From a virus: a DNA stretch of 64,000 nt. The DNA is taken from positions 64,001 to 128,000 of IMG/VR virus record IMGVR_UViG_3300042374_001687; one strand, 5' to 3'. A program made the position numbers and the translations under genes. This document shows, in pieces, positions 1 to 9,792 of this stretch. Every line of letters starts with the position of its first letter. Position 1 is the stretch's first letter. The notes under the pieces are model-generated. The model searched no databases. It was not told the DNA's origin and saw only the letters and a list, made by a program, of their open reading frames with translations.

Positions 1-2
1 AC

Positions 3-806
3 AAGAACATAAAGATCGCAAAATACAACGCCTTTGATGACGCTTATGAAAGCGTAAATTCAATAACGAACAGACCATGGAACTGGGCCGCATTGAACTC
101 ACCCGATAGAACTTATTTTATTTTTGGACAAGGACCAACAACAATTTCGGGTCAAAATCAAACTCTGGCCCAGAGGTTGGATTACAACATACTTACACAA
201 TCAGCATCCGCTCCAATAGAACTAACGACCTCAAGTTTTGAAAATGGAGCGGACGAATTACTAGAACATCCTTCCTATTTTGATGAAGATGGGCTGGCTA
301 CCAATGGCTACTTCGCCGTATACAGAACTGCCTGGAAGGATTCTGTCGGATACATACTCAGGAACTCTTCGGTCAATGAGTTCTTCAGACTTTCCGATTT
401 CTACAAGACGAAAGGCACGGTATCGGATCCCTATGGAACTATAACCAAACTCCCCAGCATGATCGGTTCTGTCAAGTTGGAAGGGCAATTAGTCGCCTTG
501 TACAATGGAATATTTATGTTCAACAACTCGGGCGAGATATGCGCTTGGAATGACACTTCTTTGACTTGGGAAGTGGGTCGGGCAAACTCATCATCATTGT
601 CTTTCAGATCCGTCCAAGACACCAGCAAGTCAAACTTTGACGACAAATCAAACACGCTTCTGGCGGCGTCTGATAATGACAGAATCGCTTATTTAAGTTA
701 TGACTACAGCGTAAAGGCCATGATAAAGTTCAACGGAACGGATCTCACTTTCTCCATGGCGAAAACAAGGCCTTCCGGCACCCAGTTCAAATTGGGAGTT
801 TATTGA
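3..806 (+). CDS. C-terminal part of a probable virion structural (beta-rich) protein, truncated by window start
   Basis: The frame is open from base 3 to TGA at 806 (the ORF track start at 93 is internal). S/T/N/G-rich, beta-strand-like composition, directly upstream of a fibre-like gene. Confidence 0.5.
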   Translation, partial: KNIKIAKYNAFDDAYESVNSITNRPWNWAALNSPDRTYFIFGQGPTTISGQNQTLAQRLDYNILTQSASAPIELTTSSFENGADELLEHPSYFDEDGLATNGYFAVYRTAWKDSVGYILRNSSVNEFFRLSDFYKTKGTVSDPYGTITKLPSMIGSVKLEGQLVALYNGIFMFNNSGEICAWNDTSLTWEVGRANSSSLSFRSVQDTSKSNFDDKSNTLLAASDNDRIAYLSYDYSVKAMIKFNGTDLTFSMAKTRPSGTQFKLGVY

Positions 807-827
807 TAGATACCTAAAAGAGACATC

Positions 828-3800
828 ATGCCAACAGGATTCCCCCCTCAACCAACATTTCCATTAGCAATAGATTCCGACAGGACTCTATTCCTCGTCT
901 ACAACACGAGCGAGGCCAAGACCATAAAAGAAAACCCGGCTTGGAGCGAAGAGATAGAAATTGAGCCCGTAAGGCCAGATCAACAAGAGATATGGGCAGA
1001 CAACGGATTTGCCAACATATCGGGGGAGATGTTTTATTATGACGCGGTAGAAAAGAACGAGGTTGTGGGCAGTGGGGCAGTTATTGGGCAAGTGAAGGTA
1101 AATGAAGATGGATCCTTGGTAAGCGTTTCCGTATTGAATGGCGGGTCGGGCTACAAGGTTCCAGCCATAAAGGTACTGGGAGCAGGGACGGGAGCAAAGG
1201 TTAAGGCCAATGTTGTAGATGGGTCGATACGCAGCATAGAGGTGGTCAGGGGAGGTTCCGGCTACAACGAAAATGGATTGACTTTTCAATTTGAGGGAAA
1301 AGTATTCAAACTAAAGAGATGCGCCAGAGGCCTAGGGGGCAAGCCCACAAAGTTCAATCCCGCCGGATCGTGGGTAAGAGGCTTTGTTATAGCAGAACAT
1401 CACAATCAGCTGGTTGATGCCACATTAGCTGTTGAGCAGTATATATTTGAAATAGAAGAAAGCATAACCAAACTTGAGAACGAACCTGTTTGCTTGGATG
1501 ATGCCTATTGCGTAGATGTCGTGCTTGAAACGAACGTGTTGACTGGGGGCTCTCCGAATTGCGAGGGAACCACCATAGAGTATTTCATAACAATAAACGG
1601 AACATTTGACACATTCAATCTTGACTTTGGAGATGGCCAATCCACAACATCCACGCAATCTGGGACTCACACCTATGCGGCAGGGGCGGTTATAGATCCT
1701 ATAGTAACTGTCATAAGTCCAGACTGTACAGTCGTACAGACCCCGATAACAAGATCTACAAGCAAAGTTCCAGAAGTTCCAACAGGACCTGATCCTTTCA
1801 TTGTTCCAATACCGCAAGTTCCTGCATTTCCGAACATAACAATACCCCAAATAAACCAAACCCCCCAGATAGAACTGCCTCAGATCATATTTCCGTGTCT
1901 GGACATAAATCCGATAAGTTTTCCAAGTATTGTCATACCAGCCCCCTCAATAACCATAAATGTTCCTAGTTTCGGACCCTTTCCAGGATTCGTTCCGACG
2001 GTAACATTCGGCCCTGCTCCCCAAGTGGGTCCGGCGAGTTTCACATTCGGCCCTGCTCCCCAAGTGGGTCCGGCGAGTTTCTTTTTCGGCCCGGCGCCAA
2101 GTGTTGGCCCAGCGAGCTTCACCTTCGGCCCAGCACCAAGTGTTGGCCCAGCGAGTTTTGAATTTGGCCCAGCACCAAGTGTTGGCCCAGCGAGTTTCTC
2201 CTTTGGCCCAGCACCAAGCGTAAGCCCAGCGAGTTTCACTTTTGGCCCGGCGCCTAAAATAAGCCCAGCGAGTTTCACCTTTGGCCCGGCGCCTAAAATA
2301 AGCCCAGCGAGTTTTGGCTTTGGACCGGCACCTAAAATGAGCCCAGCGAGTTTTAGTTTCGGGCCCGCACCAAAGATCGCCCCAGCCAGTTTCAATTTTG
2401 GCCCGGCCCCTAAAATAAGTCCGGCCAGTTTCAATTTTGGACCGGCACCTAAAATAAGCCCAGCGAGTTTTGGCTTTGGACCGGCACCTAAAATAAGCCC
2501 AGCGAGTTTTGGCTTTGGACCGGCACCTAAAATAAGCCCAGCGAGTTTTGATTGGGGCAAGGCTCCAAAGGTGGAAGGCGCAAGCTTCAACTGGGGAAAG
2601 GCTCCAAAGGTGGATGCATCCTTCAACTGGGGCAAGGCTCCAAAGGTGGAAGGCGCAAGCTTCTACTGGGGCAAGGCTCCAAAGGTGGAAGGCGCATCCT
2701 TCAACTGGGGAAAGGCTCCAAAGGTGGAAGGCGCAAGCTTCAACTGGGGAAAGGCTCCAAAGGTGGATGCATCCTTCAACTGGGGCAAGGCTCCAAAGGT
2801 GGAAGGCGCAAGCTTCTACTGGGGCAAGGCTCCAAAGGTGGAAGGCGCATCCTTCAACTGGGGAAAGGCTCCAAAGGTGGAAGGCGCATCCTTCAACTGG
2901 GGCAAGGCTCCAAAGGTGGATGCATCCTTCAACTGGGGCACGCCTCCAAAGATTGACGGAGCTAGTTTTAATTGGGGCAAGCCACCAAAAGTCGAAGGAG
3001 GGAGTTTCAACTGGGGGACGCCTCCAAAGATTGACGGAGCTAGTTTTAATTGGGGCAAGCCACCAAAAGTCGAAGGAGGGAGTTTCAACTGGGGGACGCC
3101 TCCAAAGATTGACGGAGCTAGTTTTAATTGGGGGACGCCTCCAAAGATTGACGGAGCTAGTTTTAATTGGGGGACGCCTCCAAAGGTGGAAGGAACTTCT
3201 TTTAATTGGGGAACGCCTCCAAAAATTGAGGGAGCCTCATTTAATTGGGGGACGCCTCCAAAAATTGAGGGATCCTCATTTAATTGGGGAACGCCGCCAA
3301 AGGTTGAGGGAGCCTCATTTAATTGGGGAACGCCGCCAAAGGTTGAGGGAGCCTCATTCAACTGGGGTACGCCGCCCAAGCTTGAGGCGTCATTTAGTTG
3401 GGGGACTCCTCCAAAGGTAGAGGGCGCGTCATTTAGTTGGGGGACTCCTCCAAAGGTAGAGGGCGCGTCATTTAGTTGGGGGACTCCTCCAAAGGTAGAG
3501 GGCGCGTCATTTAGTTGGGGGACTCCTCCAAAGGTAGAGGGCGCGTCATTTAGTTGGGGGACTCCGCCAAAGATTGAAGGGGCTTCTTTTACCTGGGGAA
3601 CTCCGCCTAAGATTGAAGGGGCTTCTTTTACCTGGGGAACTCCGCCTAAGATTGAAGGGGCTTCTTTTACCTGGGGCTCTGCTCCTACGGCTACAGGTAG
3701 TTTCACATGGGGCAACCCTCCCGAAGTCAGCGGAAGCTTCACTTGGGGAAACCCCCCAGAAGTTACAGTTAGTTGGGGAACTGCTCCGACTGTGGAGTGC

Positions 3801-4427
3801 GTGGTTACAGTGCAATGCCCATCGGCCTCCCCCGCCCCCTTCAGGAGAGGCATGACTCTTGATGAAAACTTTGTTGATGACTTTAACTCCCAAGACTATG
3901 ACATAGAAATAAATGATTTGGGAATACCTTCCGAAATCAGAGTCGTAGTTCCAAAGTTCCCCGAAATTCAAGTCAAACACGACATACCGGAATTCATAAA
4001 TATCAAATCGGACTTGCCCGAAAGAATAGAACTTTATCAGTCTGACGCTTTGCCAAAAGAAATAAAGATTGTCAATGAAGCAGTCATACCTCAACAAATT
4101 AAGGTTGACGCAACAGAGATACCTAATTCAATAAAGCTGGACACAAGCTCTTTGCCTGGAGTGATAAGCTTGGTTCCCATAGATTTGCCCTCTGTGATAA
4201 GGATTGACGGATCTGAGATACCGGAAACGATAAAAGTTGTGGGCATACCGGAGTCTATTGAGGTGAGGATGCCCAGCGAGATAGTTGCACGACTTGAAAT
4301 CCCAGAAAACCTAGAAATACCACTCGTTTACAGGGGAGGTCCTGTCCCTGTACAGTTTGACTCATCAAATTTGCTGGGAGGGGACGAACAAGCTTGTTTC
4401 GCCCTTGTTCCTTGCAATAAAAAATGA
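828..4427 (+). CDS. Large fibre-like virion protein with PKD/Ig-like domain and ~45 Pro-rich 12-13-aa repeats
   Basis: Contains 'V.V.NGGSGY...P' motifs common in T4-like baseplate/tail proteins, a PKD signature 'LDFGDGQS...THTYA', tandem FxFGPAPK / FNWGKAPK / FSWGTPPK repeats, and C-terminal IPxxI repeats. TAGATA motif at 807. Confidence 0.65.
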   Translation: MPTGFPPQPTFPLAIDSDRTLFLVYNTSEAKTIKENPAWSEEIEIEPVRPDQQEIWADNGFANISGEMFYYDAVEKNEVVGSGAVIGQVKVNEDGSLVSVSVLNGGSGYKVPAIKVLGAGTGAKVKANVVDGSIRSIEVVRGGSGYNENGLTFQFEGKVFKLKRCARGLGGKPTKFNPAGSWVRGFVIAEHHNQLVDATLAVEQYIFEIEESITKLENEPVCLDDAYCVDVVLETNVLTGGSPNCEGTTIEYFITINGTFDTFNLDFGDGQSTTSTQSGTHTYAAGAVIDPIVTVISPDCTVVQTPITRSTSKVPEVPTGPDPFIVPIPQVPAFPNITIPQINQTPQIELPQIIFPCLDINPISFPSIVIPAPSITINVPSFGPFPGFVPTVTFGPAPQVGPASFTFGPAPQVGPASFFFGPAPSVGPASFTFGPAPSVGPASFEFGPAPSVGPASFSFGPAPSVSPASFTFGPAPKISPASFTFGPAPKISPASFGFGPAPKMSPASFSFGPAPKIAPASFNFGPAPKISPASFNFGPAPKISPASFGFGPAPKISPASFGFGPAPKISPASFDWGKAPKVEGASFNWGKAPKVDASFNWGKAPKVEGASFYWGKAPKVEGASFNWGKAPKVEGASFNWGKAPKVDASFNWGKAPKVEGASFYWGKAPKVEGASFNWGKAPKVEGASFNWGKAPKVDASFNWGTPPKIDGASFNWGKPPKVEGGSFNWGTPPKIDGASFNWGKPPKVEGGSFNWGTPPKIDGASFNWGTPPKIDGASFNWGTPPKVEGTSFNWGTPPKIEGASFNWGTPPKIEGSSFNWGTPPKVEGASFNWGTPPKVEGASFNWGTPPKLEASFSWGTPPKVEGASFSWGTPPKVEGASFSWGTPPKVEGASFSWGTPPKVEGASFSWGTPPKIEGASFTWGTPPKIEGASFTWGTPPKIEGASFTWGSAPTATGSFTWGNPPEVSGSFTWGNPPEVTVSWGTAPTVECVVTVQCPSASPAPFRRGMTLDENFVDDFNSQDYDIEINDLGIPSEIRVVVPKFPEIQVKHDIPEFINIKSDLPERIELYQSDALPKEIKIVNEAVIPQQIKVDATEIPNSIKLDTSSLPGVISLVPIDLPSVIRIDGSEIPETIKVVGIPESIEVRMPSEIVARLEIPENLEIPLVYRGGPVPVQFDSSNLLGGDEQACFALVPCNKK
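2005..3790 (+). repeat. In-frame 39-bp (some 36-bp) tandem repeat array with a 153-bp higher-order unit
   Basis: Units are visible directly. The 36-bp 'VDAS' variant recurs at 2611, 2764 and 2917 (153-bp period). Confidence 0.95.
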
Positions 4428-5284
4428 GAGTTAAAAAATTTAAGAACAATGAGTATGTTTTGGCAGAGGGGGTTTGGGTTAGAAATCTTTGCCTTCCTGC
4501 CAAACCCATAGACATAAATCAACTTGGAAAGAATGAAGTCCGGCTCCTTTTGGAAAATGAATGCTCCAATCAGAGGATTTCGGGCATGGCCACGGACGAC
4601 TTGGATGAGTTGAATTTAGAGAACCTCATTATTTTTTCGGACGGATATGGATGGAAGTCTAGGCAAAAAGTTCTCGCGTCTATTCCAAACACGCTGGTCA
4701 AGACTATAGGAGTGAATGGCAGCCTTGCCAAATGGGATATGGTGGGGGAATCGGCAGAATTAAAAAGGACGATGACATTTTATCTCATTAACAATCCATA
4801 TCCGGAGTCTTTGTCCTTCCTTCCTAGGAGGCACAGATACTATCCCAATATTTTGGCATCAACGAAGACCAATCCTAAATTTCTAGAGGAGTACCGGAAC
4901 CAGCCTTTTTTCTACAAAGCCTCGCCGGATGTGAATTATTCGGGTGTGAAAAGTGAAGAAAACTATATGTGTCTGGATGACTACAGAAACCCCATATGCG
5001 CCGCTATCAGTTTTGCTTGGAGAAAACGGGTCAAGAGGCTTGTGCTTTTTTGCTGTGATGAGGCTTTTGAGGATGAACGGCCAGGCGCGGTCAAAATGAA
5101 AAACGGGCTTTATCAGTACCCTCAGCAGATAATGTGTCAGAAAATAATAGACAAGCAGTTGTACTGGCTGAGAAAATCAGGAGTCGTTGTGGCCGATTGT
5201 TCTTCAGGAGTGGAATATGAAAATGCTGAGTATATAGAAGCAGAAAGATTGTTGTCTTTTTTTAGCAGGAAGAGCGATGAATGA
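4424..5284 (+). CDS. Putative nucleotide-sugar transferase-like protein (Maf/DUF115/CstII-like Rossmann fold)
   Basis: The pattern 'IIFSDGYG...IGVNG...AAISFAW..RVKRLVLFCCD' resembles this fold. ATGA overlap with the fibre gene. Confidence 0.4.
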   Translation: MRVKKFKNNEYVLAEGVWVRNLCLPAKPIDINQLGKNEVRLLLENECSNQRISGMATDDLDELNLENLIIFSDGYGWKSRQKVLASIPNTLVKTIGVNGSLAKWDMVGESAELKRTMTFYLINNPYPESLSFLPRRHRYYPNILASTKTNPKFLEEYRNQPFFYKASPDVNYSGVKSEENYMCLDDYRNPICAAISFAWRKRVKRLVLFCCDEAFEDERPGAVKMKNGLYQYPQQIMCQKIIDKQLYWLRKSGVVVADCSSGVEYENAEYIEAERLLSFFSRKSDE

Positions 5285-5564
5285 TTTGTCCAATTTGAAT
5301 CCCGACAATTTCAAAAAATGGATGAGATCCCAGAACGACTTTGATGCCAACATGGAGCAAAATCTAGAAGGGGCTTCAGTGGAGACAAGATTTTCGGCAA
5401 AAAGAATAATAGCCCATATGATTCCAGAAGAAGGCAGGGTCTCCAAGATGGCAAAAGAGTTTGTTGAGTCTGGCGGCGCTTTGAGAAAAGTGGACGGAGA
5501 CGAGTATTTGATAGAAGTTGCGTCCGGATCTTTTTATATACACAAGAAATATGTTATCGTTTGA
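5277..5564 (+). CDS. Hypothetical protein (contains NFKKWM motif near N-terminus)
   Basis: ORF overlapping the upstream stop, with coherent composition. Confidence 0.6.
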   Translation: MNDLSNLNPDNFKKWMRSQNDFDANMEQNLEGASVETRFSAKRIIAHMIPEEGRVSKMAKEFVESGGALRKVDGDEYLIEVASGSFYIHKKYVIV

Positions 5565-5922
5565 TGTCGGAATTTCTTCTGAGCATAGTTGAACTTTTTG
5601 TGACAAGAGCCTCTTTGTTTATATATGTAGAGGGCACATAACCAGAGAACTGGCTTATTGGCAAGTGAGAGTATCCTCTTTTTCTCAAGGAAGACTTGAG
5701 ATCGTCAAAGGAGTCGGCGGACTCTATGAATAATTCATATTGCATTCTGTTGTCGTAAGCCTCTTTGGCAATTGCAGAGCCAATCTGGGGGTTGAGGTTT
5801 AATTTATCTACATCGTTGATCCTTGTGGCATAAACCTTTTGGTCAAATGCGAAGGCGCTTATGACTTTTATGCCCTTTTTGTCCAGTCGCGCAAGATACA
5901 CATACAGATTACTTTTTGCCAT
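5554..5922 (-). CDS. Hypothetical protein
   Basis: 122-aa ORF with GGAG RBS. Confidence 0.6.
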   Translation of the reverse strand: MAKSNLYVYLARLDKKGIKVISAFAFDQKVYATRINDVDKLNLNPQIGSAIAKEAYDNRMQYELFIESADSFDDLKSSLRKRGYSHLPISQFSGYVPSTYINKEALVTKSSTMLRRNSDIKR

Positions 5923-6043
5923 TAATTAACTCCGCAAGCAATTCTTCCAAAATTATCTGGGTGTAGATATCCATATCCCCAAATTGCTCCATGAAGTCCT
6001 TCATTGCCTCTCCGACTTCATTTTTTTCAATTTCTTGATTCAT
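5909..6043 (-). CDS. Small acidic hypothetical protein (44 aa, not in ORF track)
   Basis: MNQEIEKNEVGEAMKDFMEQFGDMDIYTQIILEELLAELINGKK*, with AGGTGA RBS, overlapping the next gene start. Confidence 0.5.
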   Translation of the reverse strand: MNQEIEKNEVGEAMKDFMEQFGDMDIYTQIILEELLAELINGKK

Positions 6044-6135
6044 AAATCACCTAGAAGGGTCAGACTAAGCGACCCAATTATATTGGCCCGGGAATGCACT
6101 ATATACTATTGCCTTTCACTTAAAAGAGGGAACCC

Positions 6136-6687
6136 ATGAGCGTTTTTAGAGTAAAACTCACAAATACTAGGCAAGGCCTTTTGGATGTTTACGACAATCA
6201 ACGAACAGCCTACATAACAGGCCCCAACAGGATAAACAGAAAGCTCAAGGACGGGGAAACCTTTGTGGATTGCAATTATTGGAAGAGGTTTGCCTATCCA
6301 AATGTGCCCTTGGAGGAGGCCTTCATAGAAGTGGTTGAGGATGACGGCACCATCTACAGTGACAAAATATCCGAAAACACCTATCCCAAGGTTTACGATC
6401 TGATTGCAGTTACAGGATCAACCTATGCGGACAACAAGGCCGACATAGTCAAAGACTCGGGAAGTTGGGCCCTTTTTGCCCAGATAACAAACAAAAGCGA
6501 TTCCGACGGGGTCAAGGTAAGGCTCAATGGATTGAACACGGCAATAATAGATCTTCCTGCCGGTAGCACTCAAGTTTTCAGCGTCGGAGATTTGACAATA
6601 GGCTCAATAGAGGTAGATAACGGCTCTGGATCGGCCGACGTGCAGGTTCAAATACTAGTATCGGTGAGTTCCATCGGAACTTCATGA
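6136..6687 (+). CDS. Probable virion protein carrying the shared 'G.LD...QRT.Y...RK..DGET' domain at its N-terminus
   Basis: Motif shared with 46966, 47677 and 60129. TATATA motif and GAGGG RBS upstream. Confidence 0.55.
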   Translation: MSVFRVKLTNTRQGLLDVYDNQRTAYITGPNRINRKLKDGETFVDCNYWKRFAYPNVPLEEAFIEVVEDDGTIYSDKISENTYPKVYDLIAVTGSTYADNKADIVKDSGSWALFAQITNKSDSDGVKVRLNGLNTAIIDLPAGSTQVFSVGDLTIGSIEVDNGSGSADVQVQILVSVSSIGTS

Positions 6688-6757
6688 TGCCCCTTAAAAA
6701 CACGAAAGTGTGACTATTATAGACTGGTGCGAATGCACCCAAACAACGGAACGATTC

Positions 6758-6985
6758 ATGCCAAATTTGATCAAACAAGGAGAGGCCAGGGTAATAACAA
6801 AAAACGGCGAGGTTTTTGTGAACATAGCCCTCGAGCTCACGATAAAATTGGACGGGTCGAATCTTCAAGTTCTGTCGGGATCGGGTTCCGGAACCGCCTC
6901 GCACGCGGCGAAGCAAGAAGAGGAAAAGGTCGACTGGGCTATTCAAGACTTTGCCCCTAGTAATAAGATAAAATTCGGCAAATAA
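6758..6985 (+). CDS. Small hypothetical protein, first gene of the actin-like operon
   Basis: ATG at 6758 is more plausible than the track start. Ends 10 nt before the actin-like gene. Confidence 0.6.
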   Translation: MPNLIKQGEARVITKNGEVFVNIALELTIKLDGSNLQVLSGSGSGTASHAAKQEEEKVDWAIQDFAPSNKIKFGK

Positions 6986-6995
6986 GGAGAAAATT

Positions 6996-8015
6996 ATGTC
7001 AGCACGCGGATTCGATTGCGGTACCTATAATCTGGTTTGTTGTAAGCGTACTGCCGAGAATGAATTTTCGTACAAGAGAGAGGTGAACGCCTTTTTGCAG
7101 ATGCCCTTGGAAAACCGCTTCGTCTTCAATATGATGAAGAACGCCGGCGTGCCCTTGATAGAGCAGCCCGAAGCGAACTTGGCGTATGCCCTCGGCGAGT
7201 CGGCGGTCAACATGGCATACACCATGAACCAAATTGAATTGAAGCGCCCGATGAAGGATGGCTGCCTCAATCCGAAGGAAAGATACGCACAGCAGATCAT
7301 GAATGTGATGTGCCACAGTCTCATAGGAGAGGTGGAGGAGGATGGAACTCCCTTGTACTACTCGGTTCCCGCAAATGCCATAAACCAAGAGACGGACGCG
7401 GATTATCACGGAAAAGTCTTGGAGGCGATGTTCCGTTCCTACAAGAGTGAGAAGGGATACACTGTGGATCCGCATCCGATTAACGAGGCATTGGCTCTCG
7501 TCTATGCGGAACTTTCCAACAAGGCTTGGACCGGCGTGGGAATATCATTCGGTGCAGGAATGGTGAATCTTTGCTACGCGATGTACGGAGCCCCCATCTT
7601 CCAGTTTTCTATAGTAAACAGCGGCGACTGGATCGACAAGATGGCCTCCAAGGCCCTTGGGGAAGATACGACGACATATGTGAACAAAGAAAAAATGCAC
7701 GCGGACTTGACCGTGGAGAATCCCGAAAGCCTTGTGCAGCGAGCCATAAAGTCGCAGTACGAAATCATGATCCAGCATACCGTTTCGGGAATAAAGAAGG
7801 GCGTGGAAGAGGCCGGAAACAAGGCCCGTTCGGAACAGCCCATAGACATAGTGGTGGCGGGCGGAACCAGCATGCCCAAGGGTTTCGATGTCTTGTTCCG
7901 TAAGATTCTAGAGCAATCCAAGATTTCGATGAAGATAGGCGATGTAATCAGGCCCAGCGACCCGCTATACTCGGTGGCTCGTGGTTGCTTGATTGCCGCA
8001 GAAAACGCAAAGTAA
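6996..8015 (+). CDS. Actin-like ATPase (MreB/MamK/ParM superfamily)
   Basis: Phosphate-1 'GFDCGT', connect-1 'INEALA', phosphate-2 'GISFGAGMVN', adenosine 'VVAGGTS' and connect-2 'YSVARGC'. 339 aa with a strong AGGAG RBS. Confidence 0.85.
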   Translation: MSARGFDCGTYNLVCCKRTAENEFSYKREVNAFLQMPLENRFVFNMMKNAGVPLIEQPEANLAYALGESAVNMAYTMNQIELKRPMKDGCLNPKERYAQQIMNVMCHSLIGEVEEDGTPLYYSVPANAINQETDADYHGKVLEAMFRSYKSEKGYTVDPHPINEALALVYAELSNKAWTGVGISFGAGMVNLCYAMYGAPIFQFSIVNSGDWIDKMASKALGEDTTTYVNKEKMHADLTVENPESLVQRAIKSQYEIMIQHTVSGIKKGVEEAGNKARSEQPIDIVVAGGTSMPKGFDVLFRKILEQSKISMKIGDVIRPSDPLYSVARGCLIAAENAK

Positions 8016-8034
8016 AAGAAAGAAAGAGAGAAAA

Positions 8035-8253
8035 ATGAAAAAGACAGTAAGTGACCTGGGTGCGGGAGCCTACCTGCTCATGCACGGGCACAAGGTGGTT
8101 GGAAGGCAAGGAAGGGATTTTATATTCGAGGTAGGAGAGCAAGAGGAGACGGAATTCGAGCAAAGAAAGTTAGAATACCTCTCGAGCGAGTTCCATAGAT
8201 TTGACTCTTATATAATGTCTTTGAAGAAGATTGGCGAATACAACCCGAAATGA
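8035..8253 (+). CDS. Small DUF5659-like phage protein
   Basis: 'SDLGAGAYLLMHG...F.F' pattern, 72 aa, directly after the actin gene. Confidence 0.5.
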   Translation: MKKTVSDLGAGAYLLMHGHKVVGRQGRDFIFEVGEQEETEFEQRKLEYLSSEFHRFDSYIMSLKKIGEYNPK

Positions 8254-8678
8254 AACCAGAGGGACTAGAATATTTTGTCGGGAAAATCTGCACTATTTTT
8301 ACTGTTCCGACGAACAGAGACTTCAAGTCAGAGAACCCCCAGACCTTTCCACAGCCCGTTTTTCACTATTTTGTGGGTAGAGTGCTTGAGGTAAATCAAA
8401 ACGGGATCTGCATAGAGCAGTGGAACAACAGGAAGAAGCTCAGAACTTTTTTCTTTATGGATCATTTGGTCTCTATTTCCGAGGAGGAGATACTTGACCC
8501 CTCAAATCCCGAGGATATAGAAGTAATAGAAGAATACAAAAAGGCGAACCAGCCGATCCACAAGGATCTTGGTTCGGGCGAAAAGGTCAAGGAAAAGATA
8601 GAACCAGCCGAAAGTCAATATGTTGATATAGATTCCTTGTCTAATCTTGCCAAGGAAAATTCAAAAATCAACCAGTAA
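8250..8678 (+). CDS. Hypothetical protein (possible Sm/SH3-like beta barrel)
   Basis: ATGA-coupled to the previous gene, with a beta-rich N-half and a charged tail. Confidence 0.55.
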   Translation: MKPEGLEYFVGKICTIFTVPTNRDFKSENPQTFPQPVFHYFVGRVLEVNQNGICIEQWNNRKKLRTFFFMDHLVSISEEEILDPSNPEDIEVIEEYKKANQPIHKDLGSGEKVKEKIEPAESQYVDIDSLSNLAKENSKINQ

Positions 8679-9723
8679 TGCTGTTTATGGCTATCCTTGT
8701 ACTTTCCCAATCTCCTCCGGCCAGAGAATTATTGTATTGCTTCTCTTGTGCGTTTATGTATCCGCGAAGGATCTTGTCGCCCTTTGCCATCAATAGGCCG
8801 TTCCAGTCCTTGAATTCCTTGCAAGGCCTCACATAATTAACTTTTTTGAATCCTCTGGCGAACAGAAAATTTGCCATTTTGGGAAGGGCTTGACTCCCGG
8901 CCTCGTCCGCATCAAGGCAAAGAACTGGGGTGTATTCTTCTATCATTCTCATTTGATTTTCTGTGATTGACTTTCCGCCTAGGGCGGCGGAATAGAAGCC
9001 GCACTGCGAAAGGGACATTGCGTCAAACTCTCCCTCCGTGATGTATATTTTTTCACTTTTGATTGGCCATTTTTGTACATACAGAACATCTCCCTTGCCA
9101 ATGCCTAGTTCCTTGGGAGGCCCCAAGTACCTCAAATTTGTTCCAGGATCTCCGATATATCTTCCGTTGTAGTAAATCAATGATCCTTTTTTGTCGTAAT
9201 ATGGTATTACTATCCTGTTTTTGTATCTTCCGGAAGTGCATATAAGAAGTCCGTCCGAGTTTATTCGGCGACCCTTGAGATAATCAGAAGCCTCTTTTCT
9301 CAAGTAGTTTGAAGAAGGAAGTTCGTCAAAAAGATAGCATCCAGAAGGTATCTCAAGACGATTCTCGACGGCAAGGGATGGCCGTTCTTGTTGATCATCC
9401 TTTGTCAAAAAAAGCTCGTGAACTTTTCTCTCCAGATCTTCGAGCGTTCCAGTAGACACGGCGTCCAATGTCTCAACGGCTTGCTCATATGAGCACTTGT
9501 CAACAAGCATCACCAATTTGACAAGGCTGCCCTTCTGGTCCGATTTCCAACAATGATACACGCCGTTCTGTATCTTGTTTTTTCCTCCGGAAGGATTGCA
9601 CCAGAGGTGGCGCTTGCGGTCTTCACAAAATATTGAGTTGACAAGCACCTCATCGCCCTTCACGGCGACATCGTCAAATCTGGATTCGGCCCAGGACAAA
9701 AATCTATCAAAATCAATTGACAT
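8668..9723 (-). CDS. DNA primase (DnaG/T4 gp61-like, Zn finger + TOPRIM)
   Basis: 'YHCWK..KGS' Zn-finger remnant, 'RIVIPYY...YYNGR', TOPRIM 'ITEGEFDAMS', 'LDADEAG' and 'KDWN'. Confidence 0.9.
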   Translation of the reverse strand: MSIDFDRFLSWAESRFDDVAVKGDEVLVNSIFCEDRKRHLWCNPSGGKNKIQNGVYHCWKSDQKGSLVKLVMLVDKCSYEQAVETLDAVSTGTLEDLERKVHELFLTKDDQQERPSLAVENRLEIPSGCYLFDELPSSNYLRKEASDYLKGRRINSDGLLICTSGRYKNRIVIPYYDKKGSLIYYNGRYIGDPGTNLRYLGPPKELGIGKGDVLYVQKWPIKSEKIYITEGEFDAMSLSQCGFYSAALGGKSITENQMRMIEEYTPVLCLDADEAGSQALPKMANFLFARGFKKVNYVRPCKEFKDWNGLLMAKGDKILRGYINAQEKQYNNSLAGGDWESTRIAINSITG

Positions 9724-9792
9724 TAGTCGTTCCTTTTGGAATAATCTTAGACAAAGGGATTGAAAAAATCAATCCCCATCTATGATAAACTT

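Noticed and set aside
2005-3790. CRISPR array
   Set aside because: Units are contiguous 39/36-bp in-frame coding repeats with no unique spacers, and there is no cas operon.
1880-3853. Long overlapping ORFs (1880-2635-, 2548-3420+, 2816-3853-)
   Set aside because: Shadow frames caused by the stop-free tandem repeat; no RBS or independent signal.
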